A stretch of 64,000 nucleotides of DNA from Vicinamibacterales bacterium (GTDB lineage: Bacteria > Acidobacteriota > Vicinamibacteria > Vicinamibacterales > CAVVIG01): positions 628 to 64,627 of the forward strand of contig JBEBGG010000003.1 of assembly GCA_040081555.1 (NCBI GenBank), written 5' to 3'. How positions within the stretch are numbered: the stretch's first letter is position 1; every line of letters begins with the position of its first letter. The translations under genes and the position numbers were made by a program. Under the pieces are notes generated by a model that was not told the origin of the DNA, searched no databases, and was given only the letters and a program-made list of their open reading frames with translations. Positions 31,655 through 40,735 of this stretch are shown here, one piece after another.

Positions 31655-32974
31655 TCAGTGTCCCGCGTGCATCATCATGCCCACCGGGCGAAACGTCACG
31701 TAGACCCCGAAACCGGGGTTGACTCGCCCACCATAGAGATCCCTCAGGCTTTCGGGCACAAAGCCAGCCGACAGACCCGCGCCCAGTCCTGGCTGGATAC
31801 GGTGCCGCGCCCGCAGGTACCGTGTATAGCCGCCTTGCAGCTTCGCGACCATGAACTTGTCGTCGGACTCGGAGATGTCGAGGTCATGCGCCGTCTTGTT
31901 CACGACTTCGAAGCGACCGAACCACGTGTCCCGGTCGTTGCGTGTCAGGCTCGATTCTGCGAGCAGCGCATTCGTCGCCACGCCAGACTCCTCATTGCGG
32001 CCCCACGCCACCGTCGTCGCCCAGATCCCAGCAGTGCCAGCCATCGCGTGATAGATGACAGACGCAGTCATTCGGCTGACGTCGAGACCTGCGCCGCCGT
32101 GCTCGTCGGGCTCCGCCTCCGTGAGCTTCCCGGAAGACACCTGCAGCGAGAGCGAAGGAGTCGGCAGGAAGGAGAGGCGACCCGAGAATGAGTCGAGCGC
32201 ACCGAAATCGAAGTCCTTTCGATCCTCGTCAGGCTCGCGACCGTTGAATACGGATCCTTCAGCTTTCCAACGTCTGCCGTAGACACCCGCGGTCACGACG
32301 CCGAAGGAGATGTGCGTCGCGTCGAACCAATGATGCGTGAGCGGCGCGAGCGGATTCGGCATCGCCGACACGCGGTGGGGAAACGCCACCGGACCAAGCG
32401 CCGGCTCGCCCACCGGACCGCCGTACACCTGCCAGTGCAGCGACTTCTTCAGGGGCGCTTCATATTGGACCGCCAGTTCCATGAAGAGATCGTGCGGATG
32501 CTGCTGGTCGTGAATCTTCTCGCCGCCACAGCGCTCGCCACTGGCCAGCAGGTCCGGATAGCCGCAGCCGCGAATCGTCCAGGGCTCTGCACCGAGCATC
32601 CCCGTGAACGTCACACGGCCGGACCCGGCCTTGCGCGCCGCCATCCCCATCAGCCAGTTGATGCTCCCGAACTGTTGGTGGCCGCGGGCGCCTCGTTCAC
32701 TCAGATACTGGACAAACACGTTCTCGTGCGCCATGAGATACCACGGGCCAACTGTCCCGTGCACGGCATACATCGGGCTCATGTCCGGAAGCCAGGACGT
32801 GCCCGAAGCTTCGCGGCTCGGCGTCGCGGCCGCGGCCGCGGCCGGCTTCTGCCCCATGTCCATGTGCGCCATGTCATGGGCCGGCGTGGCCTGCGCAACC
32901 GCGTTGGACGCATTCAGGCCGAGGACGACAACGGTGAACACTGTAACGATCGAGACAACACCACGCGTGTACAT
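31655..32974 (-). CDS. secreted protein of unknown function with a His/Met-rich N-terminus
   Basis: The start at ATG 32974 gives a signal peptide. The mature N-terminus is 'ATPAHDMAHMDMGQ'. Conserved-looking 'DQQHPHDLFMEL'. The beta-strand-rich, aromatic pattern suggests an outer-membrane protein. Confidence 0.6.
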   Translation of the reverse strand: MYTRGVVSIVTVFTVVVLGLNASNAVAQATPAHDMAHMDMGQKPAAAAAATPSREASGTSWLPDMSPMYAVHGTVGPWYLMAHENVFVQYLSERGARGHQQFGSINWLMGMAARKAGSGRVTFTGMLGAEPWTIRGCGYPDLLASGERCGGEKIHDQQHPHDLFMELAVQYEAPLKKSLHWQVYGGPVGEPALGPVAFPHRVSAMPNPLAPLTHHWFDATHISFGVVTAGVYGRRWKAEGSVFNGREPDEDRKDFDFGALDSFSGRLSFLPTPSLSLQVSSGKLTEAEPDEHGGAGLDVSRMTASVIYHAMAGTAGIWATTVAWGRNEESGVATNALLAESSLTRNDRDTWFGRFEVVNKTAHDLDISESDDKFMVAKLQGGYTRYLRARHRIQPGLGAGLSAGFVPESLRDLYGGRVNPGFGVYVTFRPVGMMMHAGH

Positions 32975-33030
32975 ACACTTCTCCCCAGAGCCACCATTCG
33001 CGTTGTCGAAGAATGTTCGGGTGGAGAGAA

Positions 33031-33480
33031 TCAGATCCGCAGCGGCATGACGGATGCGACATCCGTCGGCGCCGAGCGAAGCGCGCCTGCGGCGACACGC
33101 AGCGTGCGAACCGACGGCGGCCACACGATGCTGGCGGGGGAGCTCGTCAACGCCAAGGCCATGGCGACCCAAGCGTCGGCGGCACTAGACACGGTGGTGG
33201 CCGGAACCTCACCGTTGTGATGACAGACATGAGGCACCGCGCTCAGTTGCAGGCGGGCGAACGACCGCGGTTGATCCGCCTGTCGCTCTGCGTGGTGGGG
33301 CGCGGCCTCAGGCTGGCTGGCGTCATTGGTGACGGCTTCGTGATGACAGGCAGGAACGCTGTCGGAGGCAACCGCGACCGCGGCGGTCATGTCGGGGCAC
33401 AGCGCCTGGCACAACTCCAGCGCCACCGGAACCCCTGCCACGGCAAGTACAAGCAGTAATGACAGCAGCCGCTTCGTCAT
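33031..33480 (-). CDS. small secreted Cys/His-rich protein of unknown function
   Basis: ATG 33480 gives the signal peptide 'MTKRLLSLLLVLAVAG'. Motifs 'CQALCPD', 'PACHHE', 'HVCHHN'. Confidence 0.5.
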   Translation of the reverse strand: MTKRLLSLLLVLAVAGVPVALELCQALCPDMTAAVAVASDSVPACHHEAVTNDASQPEAAPHHAERQADQPRSFARLQLSAVPHVCHHNGEVPATTVSSAADAWVAMALALTSSPASIVWPPSVRTLRVAAGALRSAPTDVASVMPLRI

Positions 33481-33538
33481 TGGACCCAGTATAGCGCTCA
33501 CGGTCCTGAGCCGTTGCCGTGGGACGACGCGTCCGGCT

Positions 33539-34777
33539 TCAGCCGGGCGTGGTGAAATGGCCAGACGCCGGAACGGCAGCGAGCACACCGACTGTGGCCA
33601 CGGCCGCAATTGCAGCGCCGGCCAGAAACGTCGCCGAGGGGCCCAACGCGCTCCACAGCGAACCGGCGACGACGCTGGCCAGCAGCAACGCGACACCGCT
33701 CACCAGGTTGAATAATCCGAAGCCGGTGCCGAGCAAGGCCTTGGGCACCGTCTCCGCAACGAGCTTCGACAGTAGGCCCTGCGTGAACGCCATGTGCAGC
33801 CCCCACAGTGCCGCGCCGGCAAACACCACGGGCGCCGAAGTGGCCGCCGCAAGCACCACGTCTGCCGCGACAAGCAGTACGAGTCCGACGCAGAGCAGCG
33901 TGCGCGGGCTCATGCGGTCGGCTGCGGCGCCGGCCGGATACGCCGCGCCCGCGTAGAGCACGTTCATCACAATCATCACCAACGGCACGTAGGTGAGGGC
34001 GAGCCCGACGTTCTGCGCACGCAGCACGAGAAACGCCTCACTGAAACGCGCGAGCGTGAACAGACCGCCAAGCAGGACCACTAGCCAGTAGGCCCGCGGC
34101 AAACGCCTCGCGTCGGCCATGGTCAGCGGCGTCCTCACCGGACGGCCGCCCGGCGCGTGCTCCGGCTCCCGGATATAGAACACCAGCAACGCGACACAGA
34201 TGAACGCCGGCACCGCGCCAATCCACATGACGGTTCGGATGTCGTTGGCCAGCCAGACCATCAGGCCCACGGCGAGCAGGGGTCCGGTGAAGGCTCCCAC
34301 CGAATCGAGTCCCTGCCGCAGACCGTAGGCAGCGCCTCGCAACGCCTGAGGCGTCAGTTCGGCGACCAGCGCGTCACGTGGGGCGCCGCGGATGCCTTTA
34401 CCGACCCGATCAATGGCCCGCGCCGCAAAGACCCACGCCACGGAGTTGGCCAGAGGGAACACCGGCTTGGTGAAGGCCGCGAGACCATAACCGAGCACCA
34501 TCAGCGGCTTGCGCTTGCCGAGATAGTCACTCAGCGCGCCGGAGAACACCTTCACGATTGCGGCGGTGGCCTCCGCGACGCCTTCGACGATGCCCACCGT
34601 GACCATCGACGCGCCGAGGCCCGTCACCATGAAGACCGGCAACAGGCTGTGAATCAGCTCGGACGACATGTCCATGAACAGTGAGCCAAAGCCTAGAACC
34701 CAGATGCTCGCGGGCACCTGGCGCCAGGGTGCTACAGGGGCCATGGTGCCAGAGGTGTGTGGTCTCGTCTCCGTCAT
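33539..34777 (-). CDS. MFS transporter
   Basis: About 12 TM segments. 'GALSDYLGKRKPLMVLG' is the MFS loop 2-3 motif. Start at ATG 34777 ('MTETRPH'), which avoids overlap with the neighbouring gene. Confidence 0.8.
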   Translation of the reverse strand: MTETRPHTSGTMAPVAPWRQVPASIWVLGFGSLFMDMSSELIHSLLPVFMVTGLGASMVTVGIVEGVAEATAAIVKVFSGALSDYLGKRKPLMVLGYGLAAFTKPVFPLANSVAWVFAARAIDRVGKGIRGAPRDALVAELTPQALRGAAYGLRQGLDSVGAFTGPLLAVGLMVWLANDIRTVMWIGAVPAFICVALLVFYIREPEHAPGGRPVRTPLTMADARRLPRAYWLVVLLGGLFTLARFSEAFLVLRAQNVGLALTYVPLVMIVMNVLYAGAAYPAGAAADRMSPRTLLCVGLVLLVAADVVLAAATSAPVVFAGAALWGLHMAFTQGLLSKLVAETVPKALLGTGFGLFNLVSGVALLLASVVAGSLWSALGPSATFLAGAAIAAVATVGVLAAVPASGHFTTPG

Positions 34778-34788
34778 GTTCAGCTCAC

Positions 34789-35220
34789 CTATTTCTGACT
34801 CGTCGTCGTCCCCGGCCGGCGCCGGTAGTTGGGACGGTAGTGCATGTGACAGGTCGTGCACGACTGATAGAGCGGCTCGTTCAACGCGTCCAGTGCCGCG
34901 AGATCCTTGTTCTTGGCGGCACGAAACGCCGCGGCCCCGGCCTCACGCATCAACTTGGCGTCCGCCAGCCAGCGATCCTGGTCGCGCGCGTACCCGGGCA
35001 TCGCCAGCAGATTGGCCGACTCGGCAAGCATCAGGGCCTTGGCCTGGAGCTCGCCCCACTCCACCTCCGTGGTCGGCGTGCGTGACGTGATGTAGAAGAC
35101 GGCGTCCGACGAGGGGTAGATGACCTTCACCATCAGGTCGCTCACCGTGCCGACACTCTGTGCGGCAAGCGACACCGCGAGCACGGCTGGCGCAAGGCAG
35201 GCGAGGAGCACAGGACGCAT
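34789..35220 (-). CDS. cytochrome c'-like (class II cytochrome c)
   Basis: 143 aa with a signal peptide, a helical composition, and a single C-terminal 'CTTCHMHYRP'. Confidence 0.6.
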   Translation of the reverse strand: MRPVLLACLAPAVLAVSLAAQSVGTVSDLMVKVIYPSSDAVFYITSRTPTTEVEWGELQAKALMLAESANLLAMPGYARDQDRWLADAKLMREAGAAAFRAAKNKDLAALDALNEPLYQSCTTCHMHYRPNYRRRPGTTTSQK

Positions 35221-35231
35221 CTATTCCTCCC

Positions 35232-36428
35232 TCAGTCCGGCGGAAGCCGGGTGGCAGGCCCGGCCGGGCCCGTCTGGTGCAGCAGCCGCTCGACCTTTGC
35301 CATCACGGTCGGCCACCGATACTCGCGCTCGACATAAGCGAGCCCCTGACGCCCCATCTGCGCAGCGGCCCCGGGCTCCGCCAGCAGGTACTCCACGCCG
35401 CGCGCAAACTCATCGTAGTTGTTGTAGTACAGCGCCCCGTTGGCGCGGCGCGCCTGCCCCTTGAGCACACGGCAGTGTCCGTTCACAATCGCCGGCCTCG
35501 CGTGATTCCACGCCTCGAGCAGGACCAGACTCAGGCTCTCGAGACGCGACGGCACGACCAGTAGGGCCGCATTCGCCAGGAGGGTGGCGCGCACCTCTTC
35601 GTTCACGAACCCCAACAGGCGCACCCGCGGGTGAGAGGGGATTGGCATGTTGACCGGACCCGCCATCACCAACTGCACACCATCGTCGTGCTCACCCGCA
35701 TAGCGGATGAAATGGTGCAACAGCGATTCACACCCTTTGTTAGGGTCAATCCGGCCGAGATACAGAAGGAAAGGTGCACGTACACCGAGGGACTCGAGCG
35801 AGACCGATGGGACGGCGGGCGCTTGGTCGAGGCCCGAGCCGATGATGCAGCTGGGCGGCGGTGCCACCGACAAGCGACGCTCAACCAGCTCCTGCTCCTC
35901 CGGCGTGAGAAACACATAGCCTTTGGCGCGGTCGAGAAACGGGCCGACAATCTCCATGCGGATCAGGGGATCTTCTTCAGCGGTCGGGACGAGAATGGCG
36001 CGGTCGGCCACGTGCGGCAAACCAAAATAGACCTCCGCGTAACGGAACGCCCAGAAGAGCACGCGGTCGAACTCGCCGCCGTGCGATCGCAGGTAATCGA
36101 CCAGCGCCGGCGTCTCTGGACCGTTCTCGCGAAACCATTCTTCCTGATCCGCCGCGCTCGCAGTCCCGCTGAAGGCGATCTCGCTGATGTCATGAAAGCG
36201 GTGCAGCGAGCGTTGGCGCACGACCGGGAAGCGGTGCACCCGGACGCCGTTGAGGGTCGACTCCCCCGCCGGGTACTCGTTGCGCCACGTGATGTGATCG
36301 CGCGCGCAGGTGGTCAGCACCGTGACCTCATGCGACTGCGCCAACCGTTCCGCGATGTGACGACAGTGCGCTTCCGACCCGCCGGCAAAATCGACGCCGT
36401 AGCGATGGACCACGCAGGCGAGCTTCAA
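35232..36428 (-). CDS. family 4 (GT-B) glycosyltransferase
   Basis: N-terminus 'GGSEAHCRHIAERL'. C-terminus 'VVPSRLESLSLVLLEAWNHARPAIV', the E-x7-E region. Confidence 0.8.
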   Translation of the reverse strand: MKLACVVHRYGVDFAGGSEAHCRHIAERLAQSHEVTVLTTCARDHITWRNEYPAGESTLNGVRVHRFPVVRQRSLHRFHDISEIAFSGTASAADQEEWFRENGPETPALVDYLRSHGGEFDRVLFWAFRYAEVYFGLPHVADRAILVPTAEEDPLIRMEIVGPFLDRAKGYVFLTPEEQELVERRLSVAPPPSCIIGSGLDQAPAVPSVSLESLGVRAPFLLYLGRIDPNKGCESLLHHFIRYAGEHDDGVQLVMAGPVNMPIPSHPRVRLLGFVNEEVRATLLANAALLVVPSRLESLSLVLLEAWNHARPAIVNGHCRVLKGQARRANGALYYNNYDEFARGVEYLLAEPGAAAQMGRQGLAYVEREYRWPTVMAKVERLLHQTGPAGPATRLPPD

Positions 36429-36913
36429 TCGGAACTCTGGTCCCGGCGTTCAGCGCCAGACGTCCGGCCCTCGACGACCTGGCGCAGCTTGGCATTCTCG
36501 ATGGCCAGTTCCTCGATGCAGGCAAACAGCACCTGATTGACGCGCCGCTGGGTGCGGAAATTCTCGAGGCTGTACTCCCACAGCCAGCGAAACATCGGTA
36601 ACAGCAGGCGCCGCTTGATGAAGATGAGCAAGGCACCGACGCCGGGGCGGTGACTGGCCCAGCGCAGATGCAGGTTGAGCTTCCAGTCCCCTTCGCCTTC
36701 GAGGACGTCCGGCAGAAGCAGCGCGTCGTGGTCGCGCGCATCGAGCGCCCGGCGCAGCAACACATCGACCTTGTCGTAGACATCCGCGTCGCGATAATCC
36801 GACGCGCCGCCGCGCGCCAGCAGACGCTTGCGGCGCGCCCGGCGGACATCGTCTTCAAGTTCCGACATCAGACGATCGATGTCGAGAGGAGCTGGCGAAG
36901 GATCCGCTGTCAT
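36425..36913 (-). CDS. hypothetical protein (coiled-coil-like ends), co-transcribed with the GT4 gene
   Basis: 162-aa ORF whose stop overlaps the GT4 start by 4 bp. No catalytic motif. Confidence 0.5.
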   Translation of the reverse strand: MTADPSPAPLDIDRLMSELEDDVRRARRKRLLARGGASDYRDADVYDKVDVLLRRALDARDHDALLLPDVLEGEGDWKLNLHLRWASHRPGVGALLIFIKRRLLLPMFRWLWEYSLENFRTQRRVNQVLFACIEELAIENAKLRQVVEGRTSGAERRDQSSD

Positions 36914-37108
36914 CGACCGGTCATGTTACTTCGTGGTGGCCTTGAACGGGCTGCACACCGATTCGCACAGAGCCCAGGAACCAGCGTGCATTCTAGTAGA
37001 TAGCTGCGCGCCGCTGCGCACTCCGCTGAAGTTCTCCCCGCAGGGGCCGATTCCGCCGGTGGCGCTCCAGCGCTCGACAAGCGCCTATGTCCCGCGGAGG
37101 AACCTGTA

Positions 37109-38350
37109 GTGGCCTTCGGTCTCGATTCACGCAAAGCCGTCACCGTCGCGCGACAGCCCATTCTCGACACGACCAGCCAGATCTTCGGCTACGAGCTGCT
37201 CTACCGCGGCCAGCAGGAGGCGTCGGCGGCCAGCGCCGATGACCTGACCCGCGCCCGCGTCCTGAGCGACGCCGTGCTCGGCGTTGGACTGGACGCGCTG
37301 ACCAGTGGCCTGCGGGCGTTTGTGAACCTCAGCCACCACCTGCTGCTCGATGGTGCCGGGTCGCTGCTGCCACCAGACAAGACCGTCCTCCAGCTCCACA
37401 ACGAAATGCCAGTCGACCCCGCGGTCATCGAGACCTGCCAGCGGATGCAGGCCGAAGGCTACGCCTTGGCCCTCGATGGCTTTCGCCCCAACGGCCCGAC
37501 CGAAGCACTCCTGCCGTATGTGCAGTTTGTCAAAGTCGACACCCAGAAGGTGTCGACCGGCGAGATGCGCATGACGGCCATGCGCCTGCGCCCGCGACCC
37601 ATCAAGTTGATCGCCGAGGGCGTTGAGACGGCGCAGACCGCCGAGATCGCCCGTGCCTGCGGCTACCACTACTTCCAGGGCTTCTACTTCTGCAAGCCGA
37701 CGACATTTGCGCGCTCGCCACTGCCGGCGCGCCGGCTCGCGTACATGAACCTCCTGACCGCGATCAACCGGCCGAACCTGAGTCTCGAGGAGGTCGAGAA
37801 CCTGGTCAAGCACGACGTCTCGCTCAGCTATCGCGTGTTGCGGTCGGTGAACTCCGCCGCGTTTGGACTGCAGCAGGAGGTGACCTCCATTCGCCGGGCG
37901 CTCGTGCTGCTCGGCGTCCATCAAATCCGCAAGTGGGCGTCGGTGTGGACCCTGGCCGGCCTCAGCGACGGCGGCACGCCGGAAGCCGTGTCGGTGGCCC
38001 TGGTGCGCGCGCGTTGCTGCGAGATGATCGGCGAGCAGACGCGCAATCCCGACGCCGGCGCCTTCTTCCTGCTGGGTCTCTGTTCGCTGCTCGACGTCAT
38101 CCTCCAGCGGCCGATGGCCGACGCGCTCGCCGACATGCCGCTGCCAGCGCCGGTCAGGGACGCCATTCTCGGCAAGCACAACCAGGCCCGCGTCGTGCTC
38201 GACACGATCACCGCCTACGAACAAGGACTCTGGGACCCGGCCAGCACCGGTGCCGCCACGCTCGGCCTCGACGCCGACGCGCTCCCCCTCATCTACGCCG
38301 ACGCGCTCTGCTGGGCGCGCGAGCTCTCGCGGCAGTCACAGGCCGCCTAA
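37109..38350 (+). CDS. EAL plus HDOD domain signalling protein (YuxH/PdeH-like architecture)
   Basis: GGAGGA RBS and GTG start. 'ARQPILD...GYELLYR', 'FVKVD', 'IAEGVET', 'FQGFYFCKP'. HDOD segment 'LVKHDVSLSYRVLRSVNSAAFG'. Confidence 0.8.
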   Translation: MAFGLDSRKAVTVARQPILDTTSQIFGYELLYRGQQEASAASADDLTRARVLSDAVLGVGLDALTSGLRAFVNLSHHLLLDGAGSLLPPDKTVLQLHNEMPVDPAVIETCQRMQAEGYALALDGFRPNGPTEALLPYVQFVKVDTQKVSTGEMRMTAMRLRPRPIKLIAEGVETAQTAEIARACGYHYFQGFYFCKPTTFARSPLPARRLAYMNLLTAINRPNLSLEEVENLVKHDVSLSYRVLRSVNSAAFGLQQEVTSIRRALVLLGVHQIRKWASVWTLAGLSDGGTPEAVSVALVRARCCEMIGEQTRNPDAGAFFLLGLCSLLDVILQRPMADALADMPLPAPVRDAILGKHNQARVVLDTITAYEQGLWDPASTGAATLGLDADALPLIYADALCWARELSRQSQAA

Positions 38351-38356
38351 CGCGTC

Positions 38357-39811
38357 ATGCCCGCCCCGCGTCCAACAGCCGACAGGCCGGCCACGATCGC
38401 CCTCGGTGACATCCTCACCGGGCTGTCGCATGCGCTCGACATCACGGAAGGCCAGGAGCGCGGCCACACGGCACGGGCGTGCCTCATCGGCGTGCGCCTG
38501 GCTGCAATCATCGGGTTATCAGACCTGGAACAGCGCGACCTGTTCTATGCGCTCCTCATCAAGGACGCCGGCGGCTCCAGCAACTCGTCGCACCTCTACC
38601 AGCTCTTCTCGCAGGGCACCGCGCCTCGCGAGATGAACCTCCGCGACTGGCGCAGCCTGGTGCGTGAGTCGGGTTACGCACGCGAGTATGCCGGCATCGG
38701 CGGTTCGATCTGGGAACGCCTCGCGCACGTCGGACACCTCTCGAAGGCGGGCCGTGCAGAACGACGCTCGCTGTTCCGCATTCGCTCCAGCCGCGGCGCG
38801 CGCATGGCGATCGGGCTCGGACTCTCGGAGGCCTCGGCCACGGCCATCCGCTCGATGGACGAACATTGGGACGGCGGCGGCGATCCACAGGGACTACGCG
38901 GTGAGGAGATTCCGCTGCTGGCCCGCATCATTGGCCTCTCGCAGGTCGCTGAGGTCTTTGCGCACACACAAAGTCAGGATGCCGCGCTGGCGGTCGTCGA
39001 GCGGCGCAGCGGCCGCTGGTTCGACCCTGCGCTGGTCACGGCATTCCGCACGCTCGTTGGCGACGCCGCGTTCTGGACCTCGCTCCGGCAGGAGTCGGTG
39101 GACGAGTTGGTGAAAGCCGTCGAGCCCGCGCAAGTGCGCATCGTCGCCGACGAGGCCCGCCTCGATCAGATCGCCGACGCCTTCGCCTCGCTCATCGACG
39201 CCAAGTCGCCCTACACGAGCGACCACTCACGGCGTGTGGCGCACCTGGCGGTCGTAATCGGCGAGCGTCTCGGATTCACCGTGCCGGAGCTGACGCGGCT
39301 CCGCCGTGCGGCGCTCCTCCATGACATCGGCAAACTCGGTGTTCCAAGTCGTGTGCTCGAAAAGCCCGGCGCCCTGACGCCAGACGAGTGGGACCTCATC
39401 AGGTTGCATCCCGCGCACACGCTCCAGATTCTGCAGGCGGTGCCGGGCTTCAGCGATTTCGCGTTCGACGCCGCCTGCCACCACGAAAAACTGGATGGCA
39501 GCGGCTATTACCACGGCTACACCGGCGACCAACTGAGTCAGACCGCCCGCGCACTCACGGTGGCGGACATGGCCGATGCGCTGCTGACGGATCGGCCATA
39601 CCGTCAGGCGCTCGAACCCTTCGACGCGCTACGCATTCTGCATGGTGACTGCATCGCGGGCCAACTGTGCCCGGACAGTGTCGACGCGTTCACCGATTAC
39701 GTCGCCGAACGATTGACCGCCGCCGAAGTTCAGCCGCCGGTTGAATTCGATGACGACCTCGATCACGAACCCGATCACCACACAGACGATCTGACGACGC
39801 GCCTGCAGTAA
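38357..39811 (+). CDS. HD-GYP domain protein (N-terminal degenerate HD-like domain plus C-terminal HD-GYP)
   Basis: 'HSRRVAHLAV', 'LLHDIGKLGVP', 'HHEKLDGSGYYHGY'. Confidence 0.8.
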   Translation: MPAPRPTADRPATIALGDILTGLSHALDITEGQERGHTARACLIGVRLAAIIGLSDLEQRDLFYALLIKDAGGSSNSSHLYQLFSQGTAPREMNLRDWRSLVRESGYAREYAGIGGSIWERLAHVGHLSKAGRAERRSLFRIRSSRGARMAIGLGLSEASATAIRSMDEHWDGGGDPQGLRGEEIPLLARIIGLSQVAEVFAHTQSQDAALAVVERRSGRWFDPALVTAFRTLVGDAAFWTSLRQESVDELVKAVEPAQVRIVADEARLDQIADAFASLIDAKSPYTSDHSRRVAHLAVVIGERLGFTVPELTRLRRAALLHDIGKLGVPSRVLEKPGALTPDEWDLIRLHPAHTLQILQAVPGFSDFAFDAACHHEKLDGSGYYHGYTGDQLSQTARALTVADMADALLTDRPYRQALEPFDALRILHGDCIAGQLCPDSVDAFTDYVAERLTAAEVQPPVEFDDDLDHEPDHHTDDLTTRLQ

Positions 39812-39822
39812 TCGAAAGCGCG

Positions 39823-40695
39823 TCACGGTCGACCGAGCAGTTCCAGCACCGAGAGCGAATCGACCCGCGCACCAGCCACGGTGACGGCCCAATGCAGATG
39901 CGGCCCAGTCACTCGTCCCGTGGCACCGACCAGTCCGAGCTGTTGACCAGCGTCCGCCTCGTCGCCTTCTTTCACGTCGAGCCGAGACAAGTGCGCCAGC
40001 AGCGAGAAGACTCCCAAGCCGTGGTCGATGATGACGGTGTTGCCGGTGAAGTAGAGCTCGCGGGCACACACCACGCGCCCGCGGTTGGGAGCCTGGATCG
40101 GCGTGCCTGACGGGCTGAGGAAATCCGTCCCTGCGTGTGGACTGCGACGCGCACCGTTGTAGACGCTGCGGGTGCCGAATCGGCTGTTGGCGGCTTGCGG
40201 TACCGGCCTGACAAAGGGGGCCGCCCAGAGGCGCACGGGAGCGGACTGCGCGAACACCTCACGCGTGAAGGCCTGTTCGCGGGTGATGCGCGCCAGCACG
40301 TCTGGCGGCGGGTTGACGAAATCCGGTGCGACGCTCAGGGTGCGCGTGGGAAACACGCGCCGCGCAATCGTCAACGTGTGCGTGGCCCGGCGCACGTCTG
40401 CGCCGTCAATCGCTTGCACATTGGCGACAAACGCACCAGGGCGCTGCTCCAGGTCGATGCCGACGAGCACCTGCCACCGACTCCCGCCGAGCGGATATCC
40501 GGCCACGGTGCGGCCAAACACCGTGACGCGCACCTCGGTCACTGGCGGCGGCACATCGAGCGTGAACACCACCAGCTCACCCGGCGTGAAGCTCCGAGCC
40601 TTCACGTCCACACCGAACGGTGCGTCAGCCGAACGGACAGCGAGCGGCACCAGCACGCAACACAGCAGGACGAGCAGAACACGACGAGCCGTCAC
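39823..40695 (-). CDS. M23 family metallopeptidase
   Basis: 'HAGTDFLSPSGTPIQAPNRGRVV' and 'GATGRVTGPHLHW' (the HxxxD and HxH motifs). Confidence 0.85.
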   Translation of the reverse strand: MTARRVLLVLLCCVLVPLAVRSADAPFGVDVKARSFTPGELVVFTLDVPPPVTEVRVTVFGRTVAGYPLGGSRWQVLVGIDLEQRPGAFVANVQAIDGADVRRATHTLTIARRVFPTRTLSVAPDFVNPPPDVLARITREQAFTREVFAQSAPVRLWAAPFVRPVPQAANSRFGTRSVYNGARRSPHAGTDFLSPSGTPIQAPNRGRVVCARELYFTGNTVIIDHGLGVFSLLAHLSRLDVKEGDEADAGQQLGLVGATGRVTGPHLHWAVTVAGARVDSLSVLELLGRP

Positions 40696-40735
40696 GCCGC
40701 GTATTGTCCCTCCGTTTTCGACCTACACTTGGCGC

